Shown here: piece after piece, positions 18,841-28,822 of the stretch
How positions within the stretch are numbered: the stretch's first letter is position 1
How the letters are laid out: the number at the start of each line of letters is the position of its first letter
From: Promethearchaeota archaeon
GTDB taxonomy: Archaea; Asgardarchaeota; Lokiarchaeia; Sigyniarchaeales; SOKP01
DNA: 44,164 bases
Reading direction: 5' to 3'
Assembly (NCBI GenBank): GCA_016839745.1
Contig: JAEOTS010000059.1
Location: forward strand, 1-44,164
Position numbers and translations under genes: made by a program
Notes under the pieces: model-generated
Database searches by the model: none
What the model saw: the letters and a program-made list of their open reading frames with translations, nothing else
What the model was told of the DNA's origin: nothing

Positions 18841-20061
18841 TTGCGTGATAGTATGGAGCCATTTACAATCATTATAAATGTTTTAGTTATTGTCATCGGT
18901 TACCTAATTGGTTCAATAAATCCAGCTTATATTTTTGGAAGATTGAAAAATTTCGACATACGTGAAAAAGGAGATGGTATTGCTGGAACGGTTAATACTT
19001 TTAAAAGTTTAGGCATGAAATATGCTATACCTACGGGTACTTTTGATTTTTTTAAAGGTATTTTAGCGATCTATTTATCATTGTTAATTGGTGCTGATTT
19101 TATATTTGCACAATTAAGCGGTTTAGCTGCTATTGCGGGACATGTTCTTCCTTTTTACATTAAATTTCGCGGAGGGCAAGGCATGGCGACCACTTCAGGC
19201 ATCTTACTTGCGTATTTGTTAAATTATCTTCTTACTGGTCCCGAAATGCTAATCTTTATTTTTGCCTATTTAATATTTGTACTCGCCATTTTTGTTTTTG
19301 TTACGAAAACAGGGATCATTGTAGCTATTATAGCGCTCGGTTTAGTTGGATACGCAGCATTTATTTATTATCCAGGAAATCCTTATAATCTTTTCTTTTT
19401 GATTGTAGTCGTATACGATATATCGGTTTCTCTCTATGATACGATAAAAGGAAAAGTCATAAAAATTGAAGATGAAACTTTTAAAACTCACTGGTGGCGG
19501 GTAGCTATGAGACCATTTGCTTTTTTATTTATCTTTTTTTATATAATCTTCACCCAAATTGTAGCTCTTCTTATTATAGGGATTGTTGCAATGGTTTTTA
19601 TTGCGCTTGATATAACGAGATTCCTAAATAAACAAACCAACGAACTTTTAACGGTGAAAATCAAATCTATCTTTAGGAAAAACGAAGTAAAGAAATTTTC
19701 TTCTATGACAATATTTCTTGTGGCTGCTTTCATTACCATTCTTGTGTTTGAGAAAAATATTGCCATTACTGCTTTAACATTCCTAATTTTTGGCGATATT
19801 TTTAGTAAAATATTTGGATTAGCTTTTGGTAGGCATAAGATATTTCAAAAGACTTTAGAGGGCACATTAGCGTATTTTGGATGCGTGTTAATCTGCGGTT
19901 TCGTCCTTTACAATATTTTAGACATACCTTTATTTATATTGATAATCGGAGGAATTACGGCGCCCCTTGTTGAATTATTTTCCTTTCAACTCAACGATAA
20001 CTTTACGGTTTCTCTAATAAGTGGATCTGTTATGACTGTAGCAAGAGTCTTTGGTGTTTAA
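18841..20061 (+). CDS. Fusion of PlsY-like acyltransferase and CTP-dependent dolichol/phytol/diacylglycerol kinase-like domain
   Basis: N-half: GYLIGSI, DIREKGDGIAGTVN, DFFKG, GHVLP...FRGGQGMAT. C-half: GDIFSKIFGLAFGRH...KTLEG...VE....NDNFTV. Alternative ATG start at 18853. Confidence 0.85.
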   Translation: MRDSMEPFTIIINVLVIVIGYLIGSINPAYIFGRLKNFDIREKGDGIAGTVNTFKSLGMKYAIPTGTFDFFKGILAIYLSLLIGADFIFAQLSGLAAIAGHVLPFYIKFRGGQGMATTSGILLAYLLNYLLTGPEMLIFIFAYLIFVLAIFVFVTKTGIIVAIIALGLVGYAAFIYYPGNPYNLFFLIVVVYDISVSLYDTIKGKVIKIEDETFKTHWWRVAMRPFAFLFIFFYIIFTQIVALLIIGIVAMVFIALDITRFLNKQTNELLTVKIKSIFRKNEVKKFSSMTIFLVAAFITILVFEKNIAITALTFLIFGDIFSKIFGLAFGRHKIFQKTLEGTLAYFGCVLICGFVLYNILDIPLFILIIGGITAPLVELFSFQLNDNFTVSLISGSVMTVARVFGV

Positions 20062-20180
20062 TTGGGTAGAAATTTAATCTAAAACTCTTTTTTTTATTTT
20101 TCAGTTCCTCATAAATATGTCAGTTTAAAGAGTTTATGAAAAAAATTGTTATATAATACTACATTATCTTATTTATAGAA

Positions 20181-20969
20181 ATGTCTTATATAGAGAAGAA
20201 GTATAACAATAAAATTTCAGAAGTATTTGATGAACTTACTATTATAGAGGAAGATATCCTTAAACTCTTTACATTCAAATCCACTAAGCACTCTGAGAAA
20301 ATCGCAAAATTATGCGCTCTAAGCAATAGAAATGTTAACCTCATTTTAAAGAAATATTATCCAGAAATTAAGCAAATTAGCGATAAGCTTAGGATTAAAT
20401 CTCGCTTGAAATTTTATTACGATTTAATAGATAAGTTAACGCACTATATAAGATGTGTTGAAGAATTTCAAAAATTAGACGATCAATACTACGACACCAT
20501 TATTGATTTCATTGAAGAGAAAGAAAGATTGATTTCTGGCAAATATCGAGAAATTTGTTCTCACGAATTAACTGTGTTTTACGACAAGACTACCCGGGAA
20601 GAACTTGAGCGCGTATTGGCAGAAAAAATAGAAATGGGAAGTAAACAATATTTTACTTTTGGTTCATTAGAAACAGAAATCAAAAAGATAGCAGAAATCG
20701 CTGGAGCAGATGAGATAGCCATCATAGATAACGAGGAAATGTTAAGAAGGGCGGAGTTTATCAGGAATCCTAGAACAATTATCAACTATTCTGTCTATTC
20801 AACAGACGAGGAATTATTGAAAGATATCGGGAGAGAACTAAAGGAATTCCTCATCTCGAAAGGTTATGAAGCTGTAATCTTACTGCTAGAAATCACTGAT
20901 CTTACACTCGAGCGAGAATTTATAACTGCTTCTATAATAACTAATGCCAAGTTAAATCCTGATTATTAA
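20181..20969 (+). CDS. Hypothetical soluble protein
   Basis: 262-aa ORF with ATG start and normal composition; helical N-half, alpha/beta C-half; no motif recognised. Confidence 0.7.
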   Translation: MSYIEKKYNNKISEVFDELTIIEEDILKLFTFKSTKHSEKIAKLCALSNRNVNLILKKYYPEIKQISDKLRIKSRLKFYYDLIDKLTHYIRCVEEFQKLDDQYYDTIIDFIEEKERLISGKYREICSHELTVFYDKTTREELERVLAEKIEMGSKQYFTFGSLETEIKKIAEIAGADEIAIIDNEEMLRRAEFIRNPRTIINYSVYSTDEELLKDIGRELKEFLISKGYEAVILLLEITDLTLEREFITASIITNAKLNPDY

Positions 20970-21058
20970 GTATATTGGAAGATATTAATTTTTTAATTCA
21001 TACTTGTTAGAGCTCAAAAAATATATAACTTTTAATGCATTTATTTTAATGATAGTTT

Positions 21059-22534
21059 ATGGCTAAAAAGAAGGAGGAGGCTCCCTTAACCGGAATAACA
21101 ATATCTAAAGAAGAGGATTTTTCTGGTTGGTTTACGGAGCTAATAAACAAGGCAGAGCTAGCGGATATTAGATATAACATTAAGGGATTTGTTGTATATC
21201 GAGAATGGGCAACCATCACAATAAAAAAGATGTATGCCAAGTATGAAAAATGTCTGGAAGATAAAGGACACATGCCGCTGACTATGCCTTCGTTGATTCC
21301 AGAATCGAATTTTCTCTTAGAAGCAGAGCATGTCAAAGGTTTCGCTCCAGAAGTATTTTGGGTGACTGAAGCAGGTAGTTCAGGAAAGTTAGCAGAACGA
21401 TTAGCATTACGACCTACAAGTGAAACAGCTCTATATAAAATGTACTCCTTGTGGATTCGAAGTTATAAAGATTTACCTTTCAAGAGGTATCTGTCATGTC
21501 AAGTTTGGAGATATGAAGGTAAAGCAACAAGACCCTTTTTTAGAGCAAGAGAATTTCATTGGATTGAATCACATAATGTATTTACTACTATGGAAGGAGC
21601 AATGAATCAAGTAAAAGAGGATATGGAAACGACCTATGAGATGCTTCAGGATGAGGCTTGTATTCCTATTATTTTTTTCCAAAGGCCAGAGTGGGATAAA
21701 TTCGCAGGGGCAGTTCACACATACGCTGCGGATGCTTTAATGGGTTCTGGAAAAGTCCTTCAGTTACCATCTACACATCTATTAGGGCAGAATTTTGCCA
21801 AACCATTTAATGTAAAATTTATCGATACCGATGGGAAAGAGCAATATGGGTATCAGACATGCTATGGCCCTGCTCAGAGCAGAAACTATGGAGCAATGAT
21901 CGCCTATTTGGGTGATGATAAAGGCTTAGTGTTACCTTTTGATTTTGCACCAATTCAAATTATTATAATACCTATTATCTTTAAAGGAAAAGAAACTCTA
22001 GTGTTGGAAAAAGCAAAAGAATTATACAACATCTTCAAAGATGAATACAGTGTTAAAATTGATGATTCAGACGAATCTGTTGGAAATAAATTTTATTTTT
22101 GGGAGTTAAAAGGAGTTCCTATTCGAATTGAGATAGGTCCCAAAGACATTGAAAAAAGCCAAGTAGTAATTGTCAAAAGACACGATGGTCAAAAATTCTT
22201 TGTTGAAGAAAACGAATTAAAAGAATTCATAAATAACCTCGCAGATAATTATACAAAAGAAATAAAAGAGAAAAGTTTTGTCGATTTTGAGTCACAGATA
22301 GAAGTTGCGTATGAAAAAGACGCTGCTATTAAAGCTATTAATAACGGAAAAATTGTGTGTTGTGGATTTTGTTCAATAGATTTTGATGGTGAACATTGTG
22401 CAGAAGTAGTTGAGAAAGATATTGGGGGATTCGTGCGTGGTAAACGAATTGATGAGGAAAAACATGAATTTGCAACTTGTATAATTTGTAAAAAACCAGC
22501 GACTTGTACAGTTTATATTGCTAAAAGTTATTAA
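21059..22534 (+). CDS. proS: Proline--tRNA ligase, archaeal/eukaryotic type
   Basis: EAEHVKGFAPEVFWVT, LRPTSET, RYEGK.TRPFFRAREF.W.E.H, H.LGQNFAK, WELKGVPIRIEIGP, C-terminal Zn cysteines and AKSY end. Confidence 0.97.
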   Translation: MAKKKEEAPLTGITISKEEDFSGWFTELINKAELADIRYNIKGFVVYREWATITIKKMYAKYEKCLEDKGHMPLTMPSLIPESNFLLEAEHVKGFAPEVFWVTEAGSSGKLAERLALRPTSETALYKMYSLWIRSYKDLPFKRYLSCQVWRYEGKATRPFFRAREFHWIESHNVFTTMEGAMNQVKEDMETTYEMLQDEACIPIIFFQRPEWDKFAGAVHTYAADALMGSGKVLQLPSTHLLGQNFAKPFNVKFIDTDGKEQYGYQTCYGPAQSRNYGAMIAYLGDDKGLVLPFDFAPIQIIIIPIIFKGKETLVLEKAKELYNIFKDEYSVKIDDSDESVGNKFYFWELKGVPIRIEIGPKDIEKSQVVIVKRHDGQKFFVEENELKEFINNLADNYTKEIKEKSFVDFESQIEVAYEKDAAIKAINNGKIVCCGFCSIDFDGEHCAEVVEKDIGGFVRGKRIDEEKHEFATCIICKKPATCTVYIAKSY

Positions 22535-22579
22535 GTAATGATAAAAGAAAAAAAGAGGTATTAACAGCTAATTTTCATT

Positions 22580-22873
22580 TTATCTTTCTGTGTATCCAAT
22601 AAATCCAGCAACTAAGATTAGTATTCCTCCAGCCAAGCTGCTAAATATTATTATTACTATACCTAATCCCACAAATAATAACCAATTCATAGGTACAGGA
22701 TTACCAGGTTTAATAACACTAAGTAAAACAATGACACTAAGAATGATTGATATTACTATTGATATTACTTTGGAAGTATCAATGTTCCGTTCGTTAAAAC
22801 CTATTATAGTTTCAATTAATGTAATTGCTCCACCTATACCTGCTAACAATCTCATTAAGTCTTCTTCTCTCAT
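22580..22873 (-). CDS. Small multi-TM hypothetical membrane protein
   Basis: 97 aa, mostly hydrophobic, GGILIL.AG C-terminal motif. Confidence 0.65.
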   Translation of the reverse strand: MREEDLMRLLAGIGGAITLIETIIGFNERNIDTSKVISIVISIILSVIVLLSVIKPGNPVPMNWLLFVGLGIVIIIFSSLAGGILILVAGFIGYTER

Positions 22874-23072
22874 TTCATCACTTCATATTTTATTGTTTAT
22901 AGAAATTGTTTTAGTCGTGTCTAAGTGCTTTTTTTAGATTTATAGTGTTAATCTAGTTATTTAAATCCAATTGGAATAAGATTAATATTTTTTAACTTAT
23001 TTTCTAAAGAAAGAGACTTTTTATCTTTTTCAAAATTAATTTCGTACAATATACTTTATAGGATGTAGGAAT

Positions 23073-23708
23073 ATGAAACAGGTGGATAAATTCTATGGAA
23101 ATATGATTGTAAGTCACATAGTCGTAGTTGGAGCTTTGATTGGTTTTTTAACAGCTATCACAGCAATATTGTTATATATTTCAGGAGATCCTACATTTAG
23201 CTTTATAACTCATTGGGTTAGTCATTTAGGGGTAGGTCCGAACGGTTCCAATGTTGTTTTTAATGGAGGTATGGTATACTCAGGTATTATTAGTTGGATT
23301 TATAGTTTATATCTAGCAGGATATTTACACAAAAAAGGAGCAATAAAATTTTTAATTATTATATCTCTAGGATGCGGTATTATGTTAGGAATTGGCCTTC
23401 TGTTGATTGGAATCTTTCCTTTAGAGTTAATTTTTGGAATACACAATATTGCTGCTGGACTTTTCTTTTACGGAGGAATGTTTAGTTGTATCATTTATGG
23501 AATCACTGCGTATCTCACTCCAAGTATATCAAAATTACACTCTATTATTGGATTTATGATAGCAACAGTTTTTTTAGCATATATCATAATTAATTCTCTA
23601 CCTCTTAACATCTCATTTAAAATGGTCGCGGAATGGGCTGTATTTTTCGCAATTCCGACTTGGATATTGTCTCAAGGTATTATTATTTTAAGATCAAACC
23701 GTACATGA
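23073..23708 (+). CDS. DUF998/Frag1-DRAM-like membrane protein
   Basis: 6 TM; F.....VSHLG, FN.G, GIFP, IH..AA..FF, EW in the last helix. Confidence 0.75.
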   Translation: MKQVDKFYGNMIVSHIVVVGALIGFLTAITAILLYISGDPTFSFITHWVSHLGVGPNGSNVVFNGGMVYSGIISWIYSLYLAGYLHKKGAIKFLIIISLGCGIMLGIGLLLIGIFPLELIFGIHNIAAGLFFYGGMFSCIIYGITAYLTPSISKLHSIIGFMIATVFLAYIIINSLPLNISFKMVAEWAVFFAIPTWILSQGIIILRSNRT

Positions 23709-23741
23709 CTTTAAGAATTTAAAAATTTAAATAAGTTTATC

Positions 23742-24647
23742 ATGGAAGAGTTCATTAAACCTTTATCTATTGAATTTGAAGGTATTTATTTTATTGAAGG
23801 AGAACAACGTGCTAGATACCCTTATTCGAATTCTATGTTAATCGGAGATTATTTAATAGATACGGGGATTTCTCCTAGAAGATTAAAGAGATTAAAAAAG
23901 AATTTTCCAATCAATAAGGTTTTTTTAACCCATTGGCATGAGGATCATATTTCTGGTAATTATTTATTAAGAGATGCGAAGTTCTATTGTCATTCTAAAG
24001 ATAAATCACCAATTGAAAATGTTGATGAAATGATACCTCTTTATAATGTTAGAAATACTCCCGTTGAAGATGAGCTAAAAAGCTTAATTGAACTTCTTAG
24101 GATGCGTAACATTAAAATAGACAACTTAATTGAAGACAACGATATTTTTAACATTGGGGATCAGTTGAAATTAAAAGTTCTTTTTACTCCTGGTCATACT
24201 GCCGGGCATTGTGCATTCTATGAACTCAATTCAAAAATAGCTTTTCTTGGTGATATCGACCTGACTAAGCATCCCTATTATGGAAATCTTGATGCTAGTT
24301 TAATAGAATTTGAGGAATCTATAGCTAAAATTAAAAGTATAGATGCGGATATTGTGGTTACAGGACATAGGGGAATAATTGAAGGGAAGACACAAATTCA
24401 TGAGGAAATTGAGAAGTACAAGTCAATCTTGCAAGAACGGGACGATAGAATTCTTACTTTTTTCTCAGAAATCAGTAGTCCAGTTAGATTAAACGATTTA
24501 AGAAGCAAAAATATTATATATCGAAAGTATTCTGCCTTTAAGGATTTTGAACTTATTGCTGAAGTTTTAATGATTGAAAAGCATTTAGAGAAGTTCCTAA
24601 AAATGAATATTATTTCAAGAAAGGATGATGGTTTCATTCTAAATTAA
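23742..24647 (+). CDS. Metallo-beta-lactamase-fold hydrolase
   Basis: LIDTG, THWHEDHISG, TPGHTAGH, GD, TGH. Confidence 0.9.
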   Translation: MEEFIKPLSIEFEGIYFIEGEQRARYPYSNSMLIGDYLIDTGISPRRLKRLKKNFPINKVFLTHWHEDHISGNYLLRDAKFYCHSKDKSPIENVDEMIPLYNVRNTPVEDELKSLIELLRMRNIKIDNLIEDNDIFNIGDQLKLKVLFTPGHTAGHCAFYELNSKIAFLGDIDLTKHPYYGNLDASLIEFEESIAKIKSIDADIVVTGHRGIIEGKTQIHEEIEKYKSILQERDDRILTFFSEISSPVRLNDLRSKNIIYRKYSAFKDFELIAEVLMIEKHLEKFLKMNIISRKDDGFILN

Positions 24648-24669
24648 ATAAAAGAAAAAATAAAATTTA

Positions 24670-26106
24670 TTATTCGTCAATTGATACTGATTCAGGTAAT
24701 TTCCTCATCGTTGCTTTAATATCTACTCCTGCTTTTTTAAGCCTAGAACTTTTGATGAAATATAATATTATTCCAATACCCATGAAGGGGAAAACAATCA
24801 TAGAGATTATTAAACCAGCATCAGGATCCAAAAACAGTAAGAGAAGGAATAATGCTGAAAATATAGCTCCTAGGATGCCAAAGATTTTTATCATTATTGA
24901 AGAGGGTTTAAATCCAGCTTTCTCATGCCATTCAGGAAATTTCTTGCGGAAGAATATGGCTCCAATACATAAAGGGATTTGAATGATTAGAACTACTACG
25001 CCAACAACAGCACTCAATAACGTTGCTGCGAGTTCAATTGTTATTCCGGCAAGCGATCTAAGTATCGGTATAAATGTAATTAAAAAAATTACGCCGATGA
25101 TGTAGAGTAATGTTAGTGCAGGGATAGGAGTTTTATGTTTTTCATGTACTTTTGAAAATTTTTTTGGAAATAGATTTTCTCTACTTATCATTAAAATGTC
25201 GCGGGAATAAGCCATATAGGATGGATGGACAGTTGATGCAATAGCAACAGCGATCAAAATAGCAACAAAAACCACCATTCCTTGAGGGAGGAGCCCTCCA
25301 GTTAATATTATCTCGAGAACAGTCCCGACTACTACATTATAAGGTTGGACGCCAGCAACCATTAACGCTTGGAGAGTATACAATGAAAGTAAGATGACGA
25401 AGCTAATTAGTAGAGCTCTAGGAATATTCTTTTTAGGGTTCTTAACTTCCCCAGCAACATCTAAAATCAATGTAAATCCAACATAAGAGAAAAAGAAAAC
25501 CAAAGCAGCAAATAAAACTGGTGTAACCCCTAAGGGAAATAGATTTGAGAAATTAGATGGATTAAAAGCGGGAATTGCCGCAACGATGAAAATGACCATT
25601 ACGAGAACATCTCCAACAAGAGTGATGATTAACTCAATTAAACCAGACAATTCAATTTTGATCCAATTCAAGAAATAGAAAACTGTTAATACGACTAGCC
25701 CAACTAATATAACAAATATCAATTCAAAATCTGCAGGAATTAGAAATGCCTGAGCAAGAAATACTCCAAAAGTTGCCCCTAAATACGCTAAGGTTGATCC
25801 TACTGCTAAAATTATTAACCAAACAGCCATAAATCCTCCAAATCCCCCTAAAATCCTACTTGTTATAACATATGAACCACCAGCCACGGGAAATGCTGAT
25901 CCAAGATATGCTGAAATGTATGCTACAAAAACGGCAGGAATTATTGCTAATAAATATGCAAAAAACATTGCAGGTCCTGTCTCAGAAAGATAAGCTGCAG
26001 GATTTACCCAAATTGATGCTCCAATAACCATTCCAACTATAATAAAAATCGCCATTGGTAAGTTCAAACCGCGACTAAGTTCTTTGTCTTCAACCATAGT
26101 TTTCAC
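24670..26106 (-). CDS. APC-family amino acid permease
   Basis: 12 TM; G.VIGASIW, ..FPVAGGSY, FSYVGF......GEVKNPKKNIPRA, SR......FPK.F.K.H....TP. Confidence 0.92.
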   Translation of the reverse strand: MKTMVEDKELSRGLNLPMAIFIIVGMVIGASIWVNPAAYLSETGPAMFFAYLLAIIPAVFVAYISAYLGSAFPVAGGSYVITSRILGGFGGFMAVWLIILAVGSTLAYLGATFGVFLAQAFLIPADFELIFVILVGLVVLTVFYFLNWIKIELSGLIELIITLVGDVLVMVIFIVAAIPAFNPSNFSNLFPLGVTPVLFAALVFFFSYVGFTLILDVAGEVKNPKKNIPRALLISFVILLSLYTLQALMVAGVQPYNVVVGTVLEIILTGGLLPQGMVVFVAILIAVAIASTVHPSYMAYSRDILMISRENLFPKKFSKVHEKHKTPIPALTLLYIIGVIFLITFIPILRSLAGITIELAATLLSAVVGVVVLIIQIPLCIGAIFFRKKFPEWHEKAGFKPSSIMIKIFGILGAIFSALFLLLLFLDPDAGLIISMIVFPFMGIGIILYFIKSSRLKKAGVDIKATMRKLPESVSIDE

Positions 26107-26167
26107 ATTTTTGTCAGATTTTCAATTATATTATAAATTCTAAATTACTTTAATTTTTGATAGATTT

Positions 26168-27370
26168 CTATTTAAATCTTTTATTTAATTTTTCAATTAA
26201 ATTTGCTTTTCTTTTTATTTTCTTTTTAAGTTCATTCAAAGCGTCTTCTACAGCATAATCATAAGGTGACATGCCTTTATCATTAGCTGCTTGAATCACT
26301 TGAAATGTTTTTTCACTTATTTTAGAGTTAATGTATTCAAATATCTCATCAGCATTTTTCGCCACCTTATTTACTAATACAGCTAATACTTCACCTGCAT
26401 TTGCAACAAAATCTGGAAAAGCAATAATTCCTTTTTCAGCTAGAATTTTAGTTGTACCTTTCTCATAAGGAATATTAGCAGCGGGAACGAGGGCAATAGC
26501 ATTGATTTTTTCGACATTTCCTTTGTGAATCACATCAGGTCGTGCACCGGGTATAATAAAATCAGTTTTAAATTCAGAAGATAATTCAAATAATTTCTCT
26601 TTTGGAACTTTCGTTAGGTTTTTGTTTTCATATTGATTTACAAGGTCATCACCAAATTCGAGTTTAAGTCGTAATAGTTCGTCTATATTTAGTCCATCCT
26701 CATCATAAATGGCACCGTTAAGCGTAGAAATTCCTGTCAATAAAAATCCTTTTTCTTTTAAACTCATAGCTAGAGCTGTTCCTACTTTACCAAATCCTTC
26801 TAGAATAACTTTAGGTTTCTTATTTGGATCGCGTCTCAATTTTGAGAGCTTATCTATATTATTATAAATAATTTCAAGACAACTAGATACTCCATAGCCG
26901 GTAAATAATTCTTCTACAGGAATTCTTTCTTTAAATAAGCCAATTTTTTTTGGTGCAAGATTTGGAACACCCATGACACTAAACATTTTGAATAAGTCAT
27001 TATCGTTGGTGCCCATGTCTGGCCCAGGATAATACACATCATTTTTAATAAAAGGCTCTGTTGCTTTTGCAAAACCTGTTAACAATGTATCCTTTCTCTC
27101 TTTATCAAGAGGATCACCCCATATTCCCGCTTTTGCACCCCCAATTTTCAACCTATAAGCACAAAATTTGAGAGACATAGCCCGCGATAATCGAATTATT
27201 TCATCAATTGAAATATCCGGCGCAAGTCTTACACCACCAGCAGGAATTCCATAAGCTGAGTTGTCAATAACTAAAACGGCGTTTAAATCTGTTGATGGGT
27301 TTCTTATAACTATAATCTTTTCGGGTCCAATATCATCCAGTAATGAATAATCTTTAATACCAAAATCCAT
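26168..27370 (-). CDS. Glu/Leu/Phe/Val dehydrogenase family protein
   Basis: GGVR, LSRAMSLK, GGAKAG, GPDMGT, EGFGKVG, AANIP, PDFVANAG. Confidence 0.88.
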   Translation of the reverse strand: MDFGIKDYSLLDDIGPEKIIVIRNPSTDLNAVLVIDNSAYGIPAGGVRLAPDISIDEIIRLSRAMSLKFCAYRLKIGGAKAGIWGDPLDKERKDTLLTGFAKATEPFIKNDVYYPGPDMGTNDNDLFKMFSVMGVPNLAPKKIGLFKERIPVEELFTGYGVSSCLEIIYNNIDKLSKLRRDPNKKPKVILEGFGKVGTALAMSLKEKGFLLTGISTLNGAIYDEDGLNIDELLRLKLEFGDDLVNQYENKNLTKVPKEKLFELSSEFKTDFIIPGARPDVIHKGNVEKINAIALVPAANIPYEKGTTKILAEKGIIAFPDFVANAGEVLAVLVNKVAKNADEIFEYINSKISEKTFQVIQAANDKGMSPYDYAVEDALNELKKKIKRKANLIEKLNKRFK

Positions 27371-27515
27371 CTTAAATTATACCTCTATAAAATTGTACAT
27401 CTATAGATAATTTGATAGATATACTTATATTTTTTCAAATTAAGGATAACATAGTATTCTTCTCTCATTTAGAAAATTTATAAGATTTTTTTTAATATAG
27501 CAAATTCTAATCTTC

Positions 27516-28805
27516 ATGGAGAAAAAAAAGCCAATTTTGTTTGGTGTATATCCGAATTTAGAAGGAAAAGTTCCTTGGGTATCTCTATTAACGGGAGCAC
27601 CATCTAAGGTTGAGAGACTGAAAGAATTAGAGAAATATTTGAATTTAAATGATGGAGCTATATATATTAAGCGGGATGATAAAGTACATAATATATATGG
27701 AGGGAATAAACCTCGAAAGTTCGAATTCATCTTTGCAGAAGCGCTTCTTAAAAAAAAGAAAGGTATTATTACCTTAGGAGGTATTGGAACGAATCATGGT
27801 ATAGCTTGTGCCATAATCACCAAAGAACTAGGCTTGAAGTGCGAATTGTTTTTATCCCTCCAACCATTAACTTGGCACGTTCAGCGTTCACTTCTTCTAT
27901 ATGATTACTTTGGAGCAAAATTACATTTCACAAAGAGTTTTGAGCTAGGACTTCTCAAAAGTTTACTTTACAGATTATTTCATCCAAAATATTTTTTAAT
28001 GTCGATAGGAGGATCACCACTTCTGGGAGTTGGGACACCTTTAGGATCAATTGGTTTTATTAATGCTATGTTCGAATTAAAAAATCAAATAGACCGAGGA
28101 TTACTAACAGTACCTGATATTATTTTTGTAGCTGCAGGATCGAGTGGAACTACAGCTGGTCTAATAGCTGGTTGCCAACTTTTAGGATTAAAAACTAAAG
28201 TGTATGCCGTAAATGTTTCTCAAGATATTGTTGTAAATCCTAAAGCTGTTATTAAAATCGCGAAAAAAGCCATTAAATATTTGAGAAAAAGAGATAATGG
28301 AATTGAAAATGTAGATATCACTAAAGAGAATTTCGAAATTATAAAAGGGTATCTCGGATCAGGGTATGGTGTAAAGACTATTAAGGGTCAAAACGCGGTA
28401 GATTTAATTTATAAACTAGAAGGAAAGAAAAGTGATTTCAAACTAGAAACGACATATACAGGTAAAACCATGGCAGCAATGCTAGATTTCCTTGGAAAAG
28501 AGGAAAATAAATCGAAAAATGTTCTATTTTGGAATACCTATAATTCGAACGATTTAGATAAATATCTTAGAGAAACCAAATTTGATTTTGAGAAGTTACC
28601 AAAAAAATTTCATAAGTATTATGATAAAAAATTATTTCAGTGCTGGCAACTCTCAAATTGCCCTAAAGAGATAAGAAACAAATGTCTCGCGTATCTTAAT
28701 CATGAGTATCGTTTTTGGAAAGTTACAGAATGTAAATTAGAAAAAGATAAACAATCAATAATTAAAGAGAAATTAAGTAACGTCATAAAACTAGAAGAAA
28801 CATAA
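27516..28805 (+). CDS. D-cysteine desulfhydrase/ACC deaminase-family PLP enzyme with Cys-rich C-terminal extension
   Basis: YIKRDD....YGGNKPRKFEF, GTNHG, AAGSSGTTAG, LETTYTGK, LFWNT. Confidence 0.88.
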   Translation: MEKKKPILFGVYPNLEGKVPWVSLLTGAPSKVERLKELEKYLNLNDGAIYIKRDDKVHNIYGGNKPRKFEFIFAEALLKKKKGIITLGGIGTNHGIACAIITKELGLKCELFLSLQPLTWHVQRSLLLYDYFGAKLHFTKSFELGLLKSLLYRLFHPKYFLMSIGGSPLLGVGTPLGSIGFINAMFELKNQIDRGLLTVPDIIFVAAGSSGTTAGLIAGCQLLGLKTKVYAVNVSQDIVVNPKAVIKIAKKAIKYLRKRDNGIENVDITKENFEIIKGYLGSGYGVKTIKGQNAVDLIYKLEGKKSDFKLETTYTGKTMAAMLDFLGKEENKSKNVLFWNTYNSNDLDKYLRETKFDFEKLPKKFHKYYDKKLFQCWQLSNCPKEIRNKCLAYLNHEYRFWKVTECKLEKDKQSIIKEKLSNVIKLEET

Positions 28806-28822
28806 GGGATTTCTATGGATTT

